Positions 20,441 to 31,148 of a stretch of 64,000 nt of DNA are shown one piece after another. The translations under genes and the position numbers were made by a program. Under the pieces are notes generated by a model. The model searched no databases. It had not been told where the DNA came from and saw only the letters and a program-made list of their open reading frames with translations. The stretch spans positions 5,344,001-5,408,000 of the forward strand of contig OZ244999.1 of assembly GCA_965223265.1 (NCBI GenBank), given 5' to 3'. Numbering within the stretch: position 1 is the first letter of the stretch; each line of letters opens with the position of its first letter. This DNA comes from Planctomycetota bacterium (GTDB lineage Bacteria > Planctomycetota > UBA8108 > SXIK01).

Positions 20441-20596
20441 GGCATCGTTTGCGAAGGGCATCGTTTGCGAAGGGCATCGTTTGCGAAGGGCATCGTTTGC
20501 GAAGGGCATCGTTTGCGAAGGGCATCGTTTGCGAAGGGCATCGTTGCGAAGGGCATCGTTGCGAAGGGCATCGTTGCGAAGAGCACCGTTGCGTAA
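20440..20596. repeat. Tandem repeat (VNTR): 6 x GGGCATCGTTTGCGAA, 3 x GGGCATCGTTGCGAA, 1 degenerate unit
   Basis: Read directly; starts at the last base of the rho stop codon; no spacers. Confidence 0.95.
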
Positions 20597-20807
20597 GGAC
20601 ACCGCGTCGTAGGCACAGTGTCGGCTGGACCTGCTGTCTGCCCGATCGCGACCCGGGGCAGTGCCGCCCGCTCCCGCGGGATACGATTCGCCTCGCATCA
20701 GACTTCGCGAGCCGATGGCGACGTCGATTCGCTAGCTATTTCGGGCAGTCAATCGTCGGCGTTAACTTAACAGCCCGCTCAAGCCGCTGGTTCTCGTCAG
20801 ACGTGAA

Positions 20808-21767
20808 TTACGGTTGCGAAGGTGGCCAACATGGCGGCTGTGGAAACAATCGTCGGCGCGACTCGAAGAGCCTCTGCAGTTCCGATGACGTATTGTCCAG
20901 CCCGTATTCGATGGCATAGACCAGAAATCCGCGGAGTAGTTTTGTTTTCGCGAAAACTGGAATCTGGGCCAGCATCGCATCGCTTAGAGAACAGGATTCC
21001 GCGTACCCTTCCAAGAGATTGCCGAAGACGATCCGTCGTTGATCTAGCGGGCGCCAGCTGAAAAAGTGCAGAAAGCACGCCAAGTCATACGCATACCAAT
21101 GATCGCAGCAGCCATCGAAATCGAACAGCGAGACGGAATCATTCGTGTAGTGGAGGTTTCTTACGGTGAAATCGCCGTGAACAAGGCCAAAGTCGGCAGG
21201 TTCTTCGAGAGCGGCCCAGGATCGACGTAGTTCAGTGTAGAGTGCCCACGCGGCTGTCTCGGATTCTGGGATGACACGGTCAAATTGATCCCAGCGCTCC
21301 TCGATCCATGCCAATCGAGTGAATTCACTCGGCCTCTTGTACGCCCGCAGAACGGCGTGGAGCCGCCCCAGAGTTCTGCCAGTGTTCCGACAGAACCCAC
21401 CTAAATCCGTAGGCGGCAGCTGCTCGAACGAGACGCCCGGGCACTCCGAAAAAACGCATGCCGTGAAGCTTCGCCCATCCAGCTCAATCTCCCTGGACAA
21501 TTGCCCATCGCGCGCAGGCACAGGGACGTTCGCCGGAAACGACTCGTCGTGTAAGTAGCAGAGCAGATGGAGTTCAGACTCAATTTGCTGGTTCGTGCGC
21601 CGGCTTTCCGGAGAGAACCTGAGGTAGCACACTGAGCCGTTGAGTAACACCCGATAGACAACATTGTCGAACCGCTGCACGAACCGCGCACTCTCGAACG
21701 GCCACACGGCAGCAGCAGCCGTGCACAAGTCACTTGCGAACGTCGGCGCATTAGTGCTCTCTGCCAT
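20808..21767 (-). CDS. APH/choline-kinase-like phosphotransferase (homoserine kinase type II / YerI-like)
   Basis: N.VYRV...YLR, IESEL..L.YL, LGRLH, Brenner motif HGDF...N, FDFD, WYAYDLA. Confidence 0.88.
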   Translation of the reverse strand: MAESTNAPTFASDLCTAAAAVWPFESARFVQRFDNVVYRVLLNGSVCYLRFSPESRRTNQQIESELHLLCYLHDESFPANVPVPARDGQLSREIELDGRSFTACVFSECPGVSFEQLPPTDLGGFCRNTGRTLGRLHAVLRAYKRPSEFTRLAWIEERWDQFDRVIPESETAAWALYTELRRSWAALEEPADFGLVHGDFTVRNLHYTNDSVSLFDFDGCCDHWYAYDLACFLHFFSWRPLDQRRIVFGNLLEGYAESCSLSDAMLAQIPVFAKTKLLRGFLVYAIEYGLDNTSSELQRLFESRRRLFPQPPCWPPSQP

Positions 21768-21905
21768 CCTCGTGCGTCGTCCACGTTCAATTCAGCGGGC
21801 GAGAGACCGGTCGTGGTACGCACGGCGATTTCGCCGCGGCCTGACCGCACAAGTTTTCCGTGATTCGAAGCCAGTTGTGCGGCGCTTCAGAACGACAGGA
21901 GCAAG

Positions 21906-22028
21906 CAGCCCGCCTGAAAAAGTCATTCGGCTGAGACCGGCCTCTTCACGCCGAAGTCAGCCGCGGCGAGCCTCGCCGTGTAGATCTTATAGAAGAGGCC
22001 CGGAGATTACCTGCGTTCGCCGCGGCTG
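21906..22028 (+). mobile_element. MITE copy 2, truncated and diverged
   Basis: CAGCCCGCCTGAAAAAGTCATTCGGC...GGCCTCTTCACGCC...GAAGAGGCCCGGAGATTACCTGCGTTCGCCGCGGC matches the left two-thirds of the other copies. Confidence 0.7.
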
Positions 22029-22038
22029 CTCAACGCTG

Positions 22039-23445
22039 TCAACGCGAACGACGACGGATGGAGACGACGCGCTGTAGGGTCTTAGGGTTGCGGCCGTCGT
22101 CGTCGACGATGCGCAGCGTGATCCGCACTGCGGCCGGCAGAAACGCCGCTTTATACAGGATCCCGGTCTGATTCTGGTTGTTCCAATCTGTTGAGTCGAT
22201 GATTTCGTTGAACTCAAGCAAACCGCCGAAATTCGCCTTCACCGTGTAGTCGCCGGAGGGGAACCGCGCCAACTGAGAGACGCTGCCGCCGGATCCCGGG
22301 GTTCGACCCGCGCGGTTCGACTCCGTGAAGACGAACATTTTGTCGCCCGGCACGAGCTGGGCAAACTGAATCGAACGATCTCCCTGGAATCCGAACATCG
22401 TCGACTTGTGCTGCCCCTGATTGAAACCAACATTGCGATCTCCGCGCGCGCCCGAGTACGCACTCGCTTTCGGAAACCCAGCATCGAGCTTCATACTGCC
22501 GTAGCCGAAGTGCTTTCTGTACGAGTTCGCGCGACGATCGAACACCGGGCGCACGGCGAGCTCGGGTGAGTCCTCATACTCTTCCTTCGGCGTATAGTAC
22601 CGAAGACTGGCCTTGCCGCCGATGTTGAGAAGCCGAGGCTCGCTGGTGTACTCGACGCGAAAATCAGTGACGTTCGTTGCAAGATCGATCACGCGACGCT
22701 CAACTGGAGTCGTCGCCTGCTTGAGAATTATGTCCGGGGTGATGTTGTAGTAGCGCACGACTTTCGTCAACGTCAGGTCGCGGGCATGCAAACGATCGGT
22801 GATCCTAGTCGGAGGATCGTGGATCTTGTCGTCATCGCCGTCGAGCCGGCGTGGATCTGCGAGGAAGTACTCGACGTTCGCGAGGCGCATTGCCTTATCG
22901 ACGTAGGTGATCGTCTGGAAGTACAGGCGGTACGCGTCGTGCACGTACTCATCCGCCTGATCGAATGACGTCTTCTCCGGCTCGTTACTGATGTAGCTAC
23001 CCTGCTGGATGAACGCGAATTCATCGAAATCCCCGATAGCCCCGCCGTCGAGCACCCCCTTGCCCCACTCGTCGCTTCGGTCCGGGGCTTCTTCGCCTGG
23101 ATCCCAGTGGTCGTTGAGCGATCCACCGCGACCGCGGCCATCCTGATAGAACTCGAGTTCGGACGTCGGCACCCATCCCTTCAAGTCCTCTTCCAGAGAG
23201 CGCAGCGCGTAGCGAAAACGGTTGTAGACTTCTACTTTGTTAACAGTCTCCTCGTACGTCACTCGCGCTTGCGAAGAGATCGACATGATCGACATGGAGA
23301 TGATCGCCGCCAGTCCGAGCGCGACCATCAGCTCGATCAGCGTGAATCCGCGCGTTCGTGGAGACGACGACACGCCGCAATCGCCCGTCGTGTCGAGACG
23401 TTTCGCGTGCAAGTGAAGCCGCCCTCTCGTATGGAGCCGGTTCAT
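22039..23445 (-). CDS. Prepilin-type minor (pseudo)pilin, GspJ/PilW-like
   Basis: Class III signal RGFTLIELMVALGLAAII, then R.AL..LEEDL. Confidence 0.85.
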   Translation of the reverse strand: MNRLHTRGRLHLHAKRLDTTGDCGVSSSPRTRGFTLIELMVALGLAAIISMSIMSISSQARVTYEETVNKVEVYNRFRYALRSLEEDLKGWVPTSELEFYQDGRGRGGSLNDHWDPGEEAPDRSDEWGKGVLDGGAIGDFDEFAFIQQGSYISNEPEKTSFDQADEYVHDAYRLYFQTITYVDKAMRLANVEYFLADPRRLDGDDDKIHDPPTRITDRLHARDLTLTKVVRYYNITPDIILKQATTPVERRVIDLATNVTDFRVEYTSEPRLLNIGGKASLRYYTPKEEYEDSPELAVRPVFDRRANSYRKHFGYGSMKLDAGFPKASAYSGARGDRNVGFNQGQHKSTMFGFQGDRSIQFAQLVPGDKMFVFTESNRAGRTPGSGGSVSQLARFPSGDYTVKANFGGLLEFNEIIDSTDWNNQNQTGILYKAAFLPAAVRITLRIVDDDGRNPKTLQRVVSIRRRSR

Positions 23446-24386
23446 ATCGCCACCTCGAAATCAAGCTCGTAGATCGGCGGCTCCACCAACGATGCGTCGT
23501 CATCGCTTTCGGGCGAATAATGGAACGACCGAAAAACCATAACGCGCACGTGGAAGAGACGCAGCGCCGGGATGAATGTGCTCACGTTCGGACTCAGGTT
23601 CGAGTCCTCAAGACTCGGTGAAATCGCAAAAGCATACGAAAACTGCCGCAACGTATCGATTTGCTGATCCGGAAGCGCGTCGGGTGTCCCCTCCTCCGGC
23701 AACAGATTGCCGAGCGAATAGGTCTTCTTGACCAAGATGTCTTCGAACTCGCGGCCATCTGCCGCCGTGCGCATGATGACGTCGTTATTTGCCCGCAGGC
23801 GTCGACCACCACCGTTCGCCGGTGAATCAGATTCCGGATAGCAGAAAGTCTGCATGCGCGCGAGCGCATTCCTGCGCCGACTCCGCCCGGAGAAACCAGA
23901 GCCGCCGCGTCGATACCCAGGCAGCAGGATATAGTAGTCCTTCCTATGGTCTTCCTGTGCGCGCACGGCCGGAATCCTATCCATGACGCCGTCGTGCTTG
24001 AAGACGAAGTATTCATCGCCGACTCGATTGAAGCGGCGTTGATTGCGCAGGCCCTCGCGAATCGCATCGGCGACCGACTCGGCGATCACAATCGCCGTCG
24101 AGTTGTCCATGACTTTCTTGCTATTGAAGATCGCCACGGGAAAGAGCGCCAGGATGCCGACGAGCCCCAAAGTCAGGATCGCTGTAGCGATCATGATCTC
24201 CATGATCGTGAAGCCATGCTGCCGTCGTTGACGCGCGTACCGGCGGACCGATGCCCACTCCTGCGAGCCACTTCCTGAGCGCCCTCCTGAACGACGTCGC
24301 GCCCCTTCAACTCTCGCGAGCAGCGGGTTCCTCATCATTGGTGCCATCCGTTCTGTCGTCGTCTCCAATCGCTCAATCGTCGACAC
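23442..24386 (-). CDS. Prepilin-type minor (pseudo)pilin, GspI/PilV-like
   Basis: HGFTIMEIMIATAILTLGLVGILALFP. Confidence 0.85.
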   Translation of the reverse strand: MSTIERLETTTERMAPMMRNPLLARVEGARRRSGGRSGSGSQEWASVRRYARQRRQHGFTIMEIMIATAILTLGLVGILALFPVAIFNSKKVMDNSTAIVIAESVADAIREGLRNQRRFNRVGDEYFVFKHDGVMDRIPAVRAQEDHRKDYYILLPGYRRGGSGFSGRSRRRNALARMQTFCYPESDSPANGGGRRLRANNDVIMRTAADGREFEDILVKKTYSLGNLLPEEGTPDALPDQQIDTLRQFSYAFAISPSLEDSNLSPNVSTFIPALRLFHVRVMVFRSFHYSPESDDDASLVEPPIYELDFEVAI

Positions 24387-24413
24387 CGTCCATCAACAGA
24401 AAACATCACGTCC

Positions 24414-25208
24414 TCACGACCTCTTGCGCCTTCGACGTTTTTTCTTCTTCTTGGAATCTTCTGCTTCCAAGGAAGGACGCCGCGGCTCCTCAGCGAGAGA
24501 CACCGTCCGTGAACGATTCTGTCCCGTACGCTGGATATCTATGAAACACCCTGTCGGGTTCCCAACATTGTAAACAATAATGTCAGCGCCCTTGGGTGGG
24601 TCTTCCTGCAGGGCTATGGAGGAAACATCCGACCCCACATCGAAGCGAACGGACCCATCACGTAAGAAGGTCAGCGTCGGAATGTCTCTGAGATTCAGCT
24701 GCTTCTCCTCCTGTTGTTGACGACGACGGCGAGCGCGACGTGAGCGACGCGAGCTCTTCGACGAATCGTCATCGATGACGGGGACGTTCTTTTCCTCCCA
24801 CTCGGCGTAACTCTGGAGTCGAAGATTCGGGCGCTCGTTCAAAAACCCGAGCACGTACCAGATGCTTCCGTCGGCGATCGGGGTGCCTTTGACGGCGAAG
24901 TTCTCGTCGACGAACTTATTCTCACGCGCGCTAAAAACGCGTATGCCTTCTCGAAAGAAAACGAGTTGCACCTCACTACGCTCGTTCACAGCCCGAAGCC
25001 GGGCAGCGCTGATCGCCCCCCGAATGAGCGAGACCGACTGGTCGAGCTGACGCTGCTTGAAGTACTCAGTGATGCTTGGCGTCATCATCCCAGCCGCCAG
25101 CACAATGATGCCGATTACGACCATGAGCTCGATCATGGTGAAGCCGCTGCGAGGGTGCGTCGAGCAGCGGTGAAACTTCAACATCGACATTGGCGCAAGC
25201 TCCTTCAT
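24414..25208 (-). CDS. Prepilin-type minor (pseudo)pilin, GspH/FimT-like
   Basis: SGFTMIELMVVIGIIVLAAGM..P...AISAARLRAV; ATGA overlap with the upstream gene. Confidence 0.85.
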   Translation of the reverse strand: MKELAPMSMLKFHRCSTHPRSGFTMIELMVVIGIIVLAAGMMTPSITEYFKQRQLDQSVSLIRGAISAARLRAVNERSEVQLVFFREGIRVFSARENKFVDENFAVKGTPIADGSIWYVLGFLNERPNLRLQSYAEWEEKNVPVIDDDSSKSSRRSRRARRRRQQQEEKQLNLRDIPTLTFLRDGSVRFDVGSDVSSIALQEDPPKGADIIVYNVGNPTGCFIDIQRTGQNRSRTVSLAEEPRRPSLEAEDSKKKKKRRRRKRS

Positions 25209-26002
25209 GACTCGAATTGAGTCAGATTCCATGTTCCCATCGGCAGACACTCGGGTTCTTCTTCGTCGTGCCCACGCGGTCCGTGCGACCAAATGTCGAA
25301 CCGACCTCGATTCTGAATCCCACGCCGGCGAACGACCTCCTTACCGTCGATCGTGTTCTTCGCAGCGCGCGGATCGTCGGGATGCCAATCGGTCACTGGC
25401 GGAAAGTGGACACTTCCGTCCTGAGGCACAAAGCGGTCATTCGCGACGTTGTCGTAGTGCATCGGCTCCCCAAAGCCGTCGATGATCTCGAATACACCGT
25501 CGTAATCATCCGAAAGCTCCGCACTCTTGATGGAAGCGACCGGTGGCAGCTCGCGGAGGCGCACTCGACTGCCCACGATATCATCTGCGATCACCGAACG
25601 ACTCAGTTGGTAGTGCAGCGCACCGACACCGCGAAGGCGCGTGCCGGTGTCACTCTCATACGGCTCGTCGAGTCCGTCCTTCGGATAACTCCCCTTCAGG
25701 CTGCGATACTCCTCCGCCCACGACTCGAGCCGGCGGATAATCGACACGGTCGCTTTCACTTGAGCCCTTTCCAAGAAGGGCCCAACGGTGACGACGACAA
25801 GACTGAAGAGCGTCGCGAGAATCGCCACCACGACGAGGAGCTCGATGAGAGTGAACCCGGTCCGTCGTCCCATCCAAACCCGTCCCCTCGGAATGCTGCA
25901 CCGGCGACGTGCAGTCCGACGCGCGCCGCTGGCGACACTCTGGCTCAAGTTGGCAGGTTGAATGCGCATCTGCAATGATTCACCAATGAGGAGGCCTACC
26001 AA
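25205..26002 (-). CDS. Prepilin-type pseudopilin, GspG-like
   Basis: TGFTLIELLVVVAILATL, IIDGFGEPMHY, FDIWSHGP.G; true start probably near 25970. Confidence 0.85.
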   Translation of the reverse strand: MVGLLIGESLQMRIQPANLSQSVASGARRTARRRCSIPRGRVWMGRRTGFTLIELLVVVAILATLFSLVVVTVGPFLERAQVKATVSIIRRLESWAEEYRSLKGSYPKDGLDEPYESDTGTRLRGVGALHYQLSRSVIADDIVGSRVRLRELPPVASIKSAELSDDYDGVFEIIDGFGEPMHYDNVANDRFVPQDGSVHFPPVTDWHPDDPRAAKNTIDGKEVVRRRGIQNRGRFDIWSHGPRGHDEEEPECLPMGTWNLTQFES

Positions 26003-26628
26003 TTACCGATGTCATCGTTCTCGTCATCGCTACCGGTCTTGGTCTGGTCGGTAGCGTCCGGCCCTAGGCTGTAGAGATCCGCGCCCCTTCGCTTGTGCAT
26101 GTAGGGACGAGGCCTGCGCCCCTTGTTGCTGCGGTAGACAAGCGGTGTCCCCCAGGCATCGACCATGTACTTTTTCACCCGCGGCTCGAAGAGCTCGCTG
26201 CGTGTGGCCGGGCGGTAGGCGTCTTCGGCTTCATCCCAAACGCGGACCTTATCCTCCTTCAACTCAATGTAGGGAGCGCCGCGTCCACCCGGACCGTTGG
26301 GCTTGGGATCACCGAAAATCGCGTTGAACAAAAGCGGAAACTGATTGTCGTCGGCACCGATCTTTTTCGCATCCTGACCCGGAAACACACCTTCATCAAG
26401 AACGTAGCGCTGCAGCGCCTGATCGAGCGACGAAATATCGCTTGTGGTCACCGACTTGTTCGATCGTTCGCGCACCGTGGAAATACCCGTCATGGCGAGA
26501 CCGGCGAGGATACCGATGATCGCAATAACGATGAGAAGCTCGATCAATGTGAAACCAGAGGCTCCTCTCGCGCGCGGCGAACGACAATCGCTTTGGTTGA
26601 CTTGCGTGACCATAAAACAGAACTCCAC
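25996..26628 (-). CDS. Major pseudopilin GspG-like
   Basis: SGFTLIELLIVIAIIGILAGL, ALQRY..D.GVFP, DAWGTPLVY, DLYSLGPD, DDIGNW C-terminus. Confidence 0.9.
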   Translation of the reverse strand: MEFCFMVTQVNQSDCRSPRARGASGFTLIELLIVIAIIGILAGLAMTGISTVRERSNKSVTTSDISSLDQALQRYVLDEGVFPGQDAKKIGADDNQFPLLFNAIFGDPKPNGPGGRGAPYIELKEDKVRVWDEAEDAYRPATRSELFEPRVKKYMVDAWGTPLVYRSNKGRRPRPYMHKRRGADLYSLGPDATDQTKTGSDDENDDIGNW

Positions 26629-27150
26629 TTGCTAAAGGCGAATAAACACGAAGACGATTCCGGCAGTTCTTCACCACCGCAGCCCGAAAGTCGATGACGC
26701 ACCGCATACGGTCTACGATCGTCGTCGTTTCGATACAGTCTCTCGATGTCTGTTCGGCCGACTACTGACGACACCAAACGACGAACGCGCCACCCACGTG
26801 AGCTACTTCTCTGAAGTCACCCGAAGCCAACGCGGCTAGCTAACCCGCTTAACCCATTCCACGACAGGCGCTTCAGGCGAATCTCAAGGATAGCGTGTCG
26901 CCGGTTTGGGCGCAACAGGGCCGCCGCGCGGCTCTCCGTAGGATCTCCAGGAAAAGCGGAGCCGCTCTCTTGGCTGAGGCGTCCGAATTCGTCTCCGTTC
27001 TCCGGCAGAAGACGTGGCCAACGGCACGCCTGTTGCGCAGAATCCGCGGCGGCGGGAGGAATTCTCGCCATAACCGGAGGGCGAGGATGGCCCCAACAAG
27101 GTGCGAATCTCCGCCGTCGGAGCTGCGAGAGAGCCGCACGAGAGCCGCAG

Positions 27151-28500
27151 TCACGGCATGAAATATTCCTCGAGAAAGCCGGTGTCGACTTTCCCTTTGA
27201 CGAAATGGAAGTGCTGGAAGATCTCTTTGTGGAGCGGAATCGTCGTGGCGACGCCCTCGATGCGCAGCTCATCGAGCGCCCGCCGCATCCCCGCCAGGGC
27301 GGCGGCTCGGTCCTCCCCCCAAAAAACCAGCTTGGCGATCATGGAATCGTAAAACGGCGGCACCGCATATCCGGTGTAAACGTGCGTGTCGACGCGGACA
27401 CCCCGTCCGCCCGGCACCTCGAAGCGCGTCACGGTGCCCGGCGACGGCTTGAAGTCGTTGGCGGGATCTTCGGCGTTGATGCGGCACTCGAACGCCCAGC
27501 CGCGCAGCTCGATGTCGTCCTGCGTCATCGACAGGGGCTCTCCCGAGGCGATGCGAATCTGCTCCTTAATGATGTCGACACCGGTGATCATCTCCGTGAC
27601 CGGATGCTCCACCTGAACGCGAGTGTTGACTTCGATGAAGTAGAAATTCTCGTCGCGGTCGACAAGGAACTCGACCGTCCCGGCATTGGCATAGCCCGCC
27701 GCGCGCGCCAGTGAGGTGGCCGCCTCGCCCATAGCGCGCCGCATGTCTTCAGTGATGCTGGGAGACGGCGCTTCTTCGACGAGCTTTTGATGGCGGCGCT
27801 GGAGACTGCAATCTCGTTCGCCGAGGTGGACGACGTTGCCGTGCTCGTCCGCCAAGATCTGGATCTCGACGTGGCGCGGCTTCTCGACGAGCTTTTCGAT
27901 GTAGACGTCAGGGTTATTGAACGCCCCTTCCGCCTCGACGCGCGCCGCCATGAAGCCGCTCATCAGACTGATATCGTTGTGTGCAACGCGCATGCCGCGG
28001 CCACCGCCACCGGCGACCGCCTTGATCATGACGGGATAGCCGATACCGCGCGCAACCTCGAGTGCCTGCTGTTCGTTCTTGATCACCCCGTCGCTTCCAG
28101 GGACACACGGCACGCCGCTCTTGGCGGCGAGTTCACGCGCCTGGCCCTTGTCACCAAGGAAGCGGATAGCATGAACGCTTGGGCCGATGAACTTGATGTG
28201 GCACGACTCACAAACCTCAGCAAAATGAGGATTCTCTGCCAAAAAACCATACCCCGGGTGGATGGCGTCGACGTCCGCGATCTCGGCAGCGCTGATGATC
28301 TTCGAGATATCCAAATAGCTCTGCAGACTCGGCCCCGGACCTATGCAGATCGTCTCGTCAGCAAACTCCAGGTGGAGCCCGTTCTTGTCCGCCTCCGAGT
28401 AGACGGCGACGGTCTCGATATCGAGTTCCTTGCAGGCGCGGAGAATGCGCAGCGCAATCTCGCCACGGTTGGCGATGAGAATCCGCGAGAGCTTCTTCAC
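27151..28500 (-). CDS. accC: Biotin carboxylase
   Basis: [61 protein letters not shown]. Confidence 0.98.
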   Translation of the reverse strand: MKKLSRILIANRGEIALRILRACKELDIETVAVYSEADKNGLHLEFADETICIGPGPSLQSYLDISKIISAAEIADVDAIHPGYGFLAENPHFAEVCESCHIKFIGPSVHAIRFLGDKGQARELAAKSGVPCVPGSDGVIKNEQQALEVARGIGYPVMIKAVAGGGGRGMRVAHNDISLMSGFMAARVEAEGAFNNPDVYIEKLVEKPRHVEIQILADEHGNVVHLGERDCSLQRRHQKLVEEAPSPSITEDMRRAMGEAATSLARAAGYANAGTVEFLVDRDENFYFIEVNTRVQVEHPVTEMITGVDIIKEQIRIASGEPLSMTQDDIELRGWAFECRINAEDPANDFKPSPGTVTRFEVPGGRGVRVDTHVYTGYAVPPFYDSMIAKLVFWGEDRAAALAGMRRALDELRIEGVATTIPLHKEIFQHFHFVKGKVDTGFLEEYFMP

Positions 28501-28985
28501 TCGGTGTCGATTCTAAAAAGTGGTTGACCGAACTCGACCGCGTCGGTGTTCTTGACGAGAATCTCGCGGACGACGCCCGAGACTCCAGCGCGAATCTCGT
28601 TCATCACCTTCATCGCTTCGATGATGCAGAGGACCGTCTCAGCGTCGACCTTGTCGCCCTCGCGCACGAATGGCTCCGCCTCTGGACTCGGCGAGCGGTA
28701 GAAGCTGCCGACCAACGGCGACGTCACTTCGTGGCCCGATGGAGCTTCGGGCGTCGCGGCGGTCTCTGCGGCGCCCGCCGGCGCCATCTCTGCAGGCATC
28801 GGCGCGGCGGCCGAAGCTGCCGGCGCGGCATAGCTGATGATCTCTCGCGGCGCCTGCGGCTCGCTGCGGCGCAAGCGAATCCGCTGTCCTTCGCCTTCGA
28901 GCTCGAGCTCGCTCAATTCGTATCGCCCCATGAGCTCGAGAAGGGACTCGAGGTCCTTGAGGTCCCGGAACTTGGTCAGATCCAT
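28497..28985 (-). CDS. accB: Biotin carboxyl carrier protein
   Basis: [20 protein letters not shown] biotinylation motif; overlaps accC start. Confidence 0.97.
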   Translation of the reverse strand: MDLTKFRDLKDLESLLELMGRYELSELELEGEGQRIRLRRSEPQAPREIISYAAPAASAAAPMPAEMAPAGAAETAATPEAPSGHEVTSPLVGSFYRSPSPEAEPFVREGDKVDAETVLCIIEAMKVMNEIRAGVSGVVREILVKNTDAVEFGQPLFRIDTE

Positions 28986-29463
28986 GCGCCCTTCTACCAA
29001 TCCGAAGTCAGCAGCTTGCGATTCACCACCGGTGCGCCTCTCGAAGCAGCAGTCCGAAAGAGCAGGCGGAAACAACAAACCGCAACATAAATGTCGAATC
29101 TAAAAGAAGTTATATCGATCGAGGCGGCCAGATTCTAGGTGCAGATCAGGGCAATTGTCAAGCGAAAATCGCTCAAGAGGGCGCGCTCGGGCGGAACCCA
29201 TGCTTGGCTGTCGCGCACGTCGCAGGGCGCAGCCGGAGTCGGATCATTCCCGCTCGGATGCCTGAGCGGGGACTCGGAGCGCAGTCACGGAGCCGATGGG
29301 AGATTTTGCGTTTTTTCTGCATTCTGCGTATACGGTGTGAAAATAGATGAGCAGCGGCTCGCGCGCAGGAGCCTCTGTGCGCTCGCCCGGCCCTGCCGCG
29401 CTCCGCGCCTCGATGCAACCGTCGAAACTACGGTGAAGAGTGAGAAGAAGGAGATCTAAACCG

Positions 29464-30630
29464 ATGCTAGCGATGATCACACAATCCTCTCGTCGCGCCC
29501 TTTGTATCGCTGCCTCGATCGGCCTGATCGGGGTCGCCTGTTACGTCGGACCCTCTGGCGGCACGCCCCCACCGCTGGCCGCCGACGATCAACCCGTGCC
29601 ACCACCAGATCTGCAGCCACGCGAGCAGGTCATCGTCGACATCTTCCGCCGCGCTGCCGATTCCGTTGTGTTCGTCACCCAAAGGACTAGGGTCCGGCGG
29701 CAAGTCGGCCTTTTCGCCTTCGCCGATCGTGACGTTGAGAGCGGTACGGGCTCCGGGTTCATCTGGGACGCCGAGGGCCACGTCGTCACCAACGAGCACG
29801 TCGTCACCAACGACCTCGTTGACGAGGAGCAGACGAGCTTCAAGGTCACGCTAGCCGACCAAAGCGTCTACGAGGCGACGCTGGTAGGAAAATACAAAGA
29901 CAAAGACGTCGCAGTTCTCAAGATCGATGCACCGAAAGAGAAGCTGAAGCCACTGGCGCTCGGCACTTCCCGCAATCTGCTGCGCGGGATGACGGCACTC
30001 GCCATCGGCAACCCGTTCGGGCTTGATCAAACCTTGACAGTCGGCGTCGTGAGCGCACTCGGTCGCGATATCAAATCGCGCAACGGCCGTACGATCCGTG
30101 GTGTGGTCCAGACCGACGCAGCGATCAACCCCGGCAACTCGGGGGGGCCTCTACTCAACTCCAAGGGAGAGCTCATTGGCGTCAACACAGCCATCCTGAG
30201 TCCGAGCGGCGCGAATTCGGGAATCGGCTTCGCGGTCCCAGTCGACGTCGTGAAGCGAGTGGCGAACGATATCATACAAAAAGGCAGCATCACTCGTCCG
30301 GGATTGGGCGTCCACCTCATCGAAGACTGGATCCAGCGAAAGCTGCAGCGCTACGGACTTCCGCCTGGCGTCTTGATCGGCGACGTCCCGGCTGCATCGG
30401 CGCTCTCAGATGCGGACTTGAAAACCACCGTCATCTACAATGACGGCTCCGTCGACGTCGGCGACCTGATCATCGGCCTCGGCGGGCGGAGAATCGGTGA
30501 CAGCATCGCACTGCTGGATGCAATTGACCGCTACTCCGTCGGCGACGAGGTGGAGCTGGTCGTTCTGCGTGGCAAGAAGGAACGACGCATCAAGACTCGA
30601 CTCGTGCAGATCGAAGTCCTGCCGGACTGA
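29464..30630 (+). CDS. HtrA/Deg-family serine protease with PDZ domain
   Basis: GSGFIWD, VTNEHVV, DVAVLKI, QTDAAINPGNSGGPL. Confidence 0.95.
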   Translation: MLAMITQSSRRALCIAASIGLIGVACYVGPSGGTPPPLAADDQPVPPPDLQPREQVIVDIFRRAADSVVFVTQRTRVRRQVGLFAFADRDVESGTGSGFIWDAEGHVVTNEHVVTNDLVDEEQTSFKVTLADQSVYEATLVGKYKDKDVAVLKIDAPKEKLKPLALGTSRNLLRGMTALAIGNPFGLDQTLTVGVVSALGRDIKSRNGRTIRGVVQTDAAINPGNSGGPLLNSKGELIGVNTAILSPSGANSGIGFAVPVDVVKRVANDIIQKGSITRPGLGVHLIEDWIQRKLQRYGLPPGVLIGDVPAASALSDADLKTTVIYNDGSVDVGDLIIGLGGRRIGDSIALLDAIDRYSVGDEVELVVLRGKKERRIKTRLVQIEVLPD

Positions 30631-30866
30631 ACCGTTTGCGGACGGGCTATCAAGGAACCGGACAACCACGCCGACGCTGAACGTGGCGTCGCACGTACCA
30701 GAATTCTGCAACCACGCTCGGCGTCGCGCACACAACTACAAAGGGCGAACACCTTAGCGGCCGGCCAAACAACGCCTCAGGGTGCTGACAGTCGGTCTTT
30801 CACAACTCGGCACGATTCTTTCAAGGATCCCCTGCGTCGCGTTTTTGCAATCGGGAGTGTCGAGCT

Positions 30867-31124
30867 ATGAGAATGATCATCCTGCTGGCTATGGCCGGCG
30901 TATTCGGCCTGTCAGCACCGCAGCCGCTGGCCACCACCGCCTCAGCCCCTACGGCGCTCGCCGTTCAGCGTGGAAAGCTCGACGTCTGCCGCAGGAGGAC
31001 GTTTCGCCGCCGGAGTCGTGCCGTCCGGCTCGGACGCCCCAGAGTCCGCAAGCTCGACCGGCGCAGCGTTTGTTCAACGGTGGTATTCCCGCACCGCACC
31101 GTCGCCAAAGCGGCGGTAGTGTAG
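30867..31124 (+). CDS. Possible small secreted basic protein
   Basis: GGGAG RBS, signal-like MRMIILLAMAGVFGLSA, Arg-rich remainder. Confidence 0.35.
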   Translation: MRMIILLAMAGVFGLSAPQPLATTASAPTALAVQRGKLDVCRRRTFRRRSRAVRLGRPRVRKLDRRSVCSTVVFPHRTVAKAAVV

Positions 31125-31148
31125 CGGCGATACTTTCATGCGGCGCAG

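Noticed and set aside
20440-20596. CRISPR array
   Set aside because: Units are contiguous 15-16-mers with no spacers, and there are no cas genes
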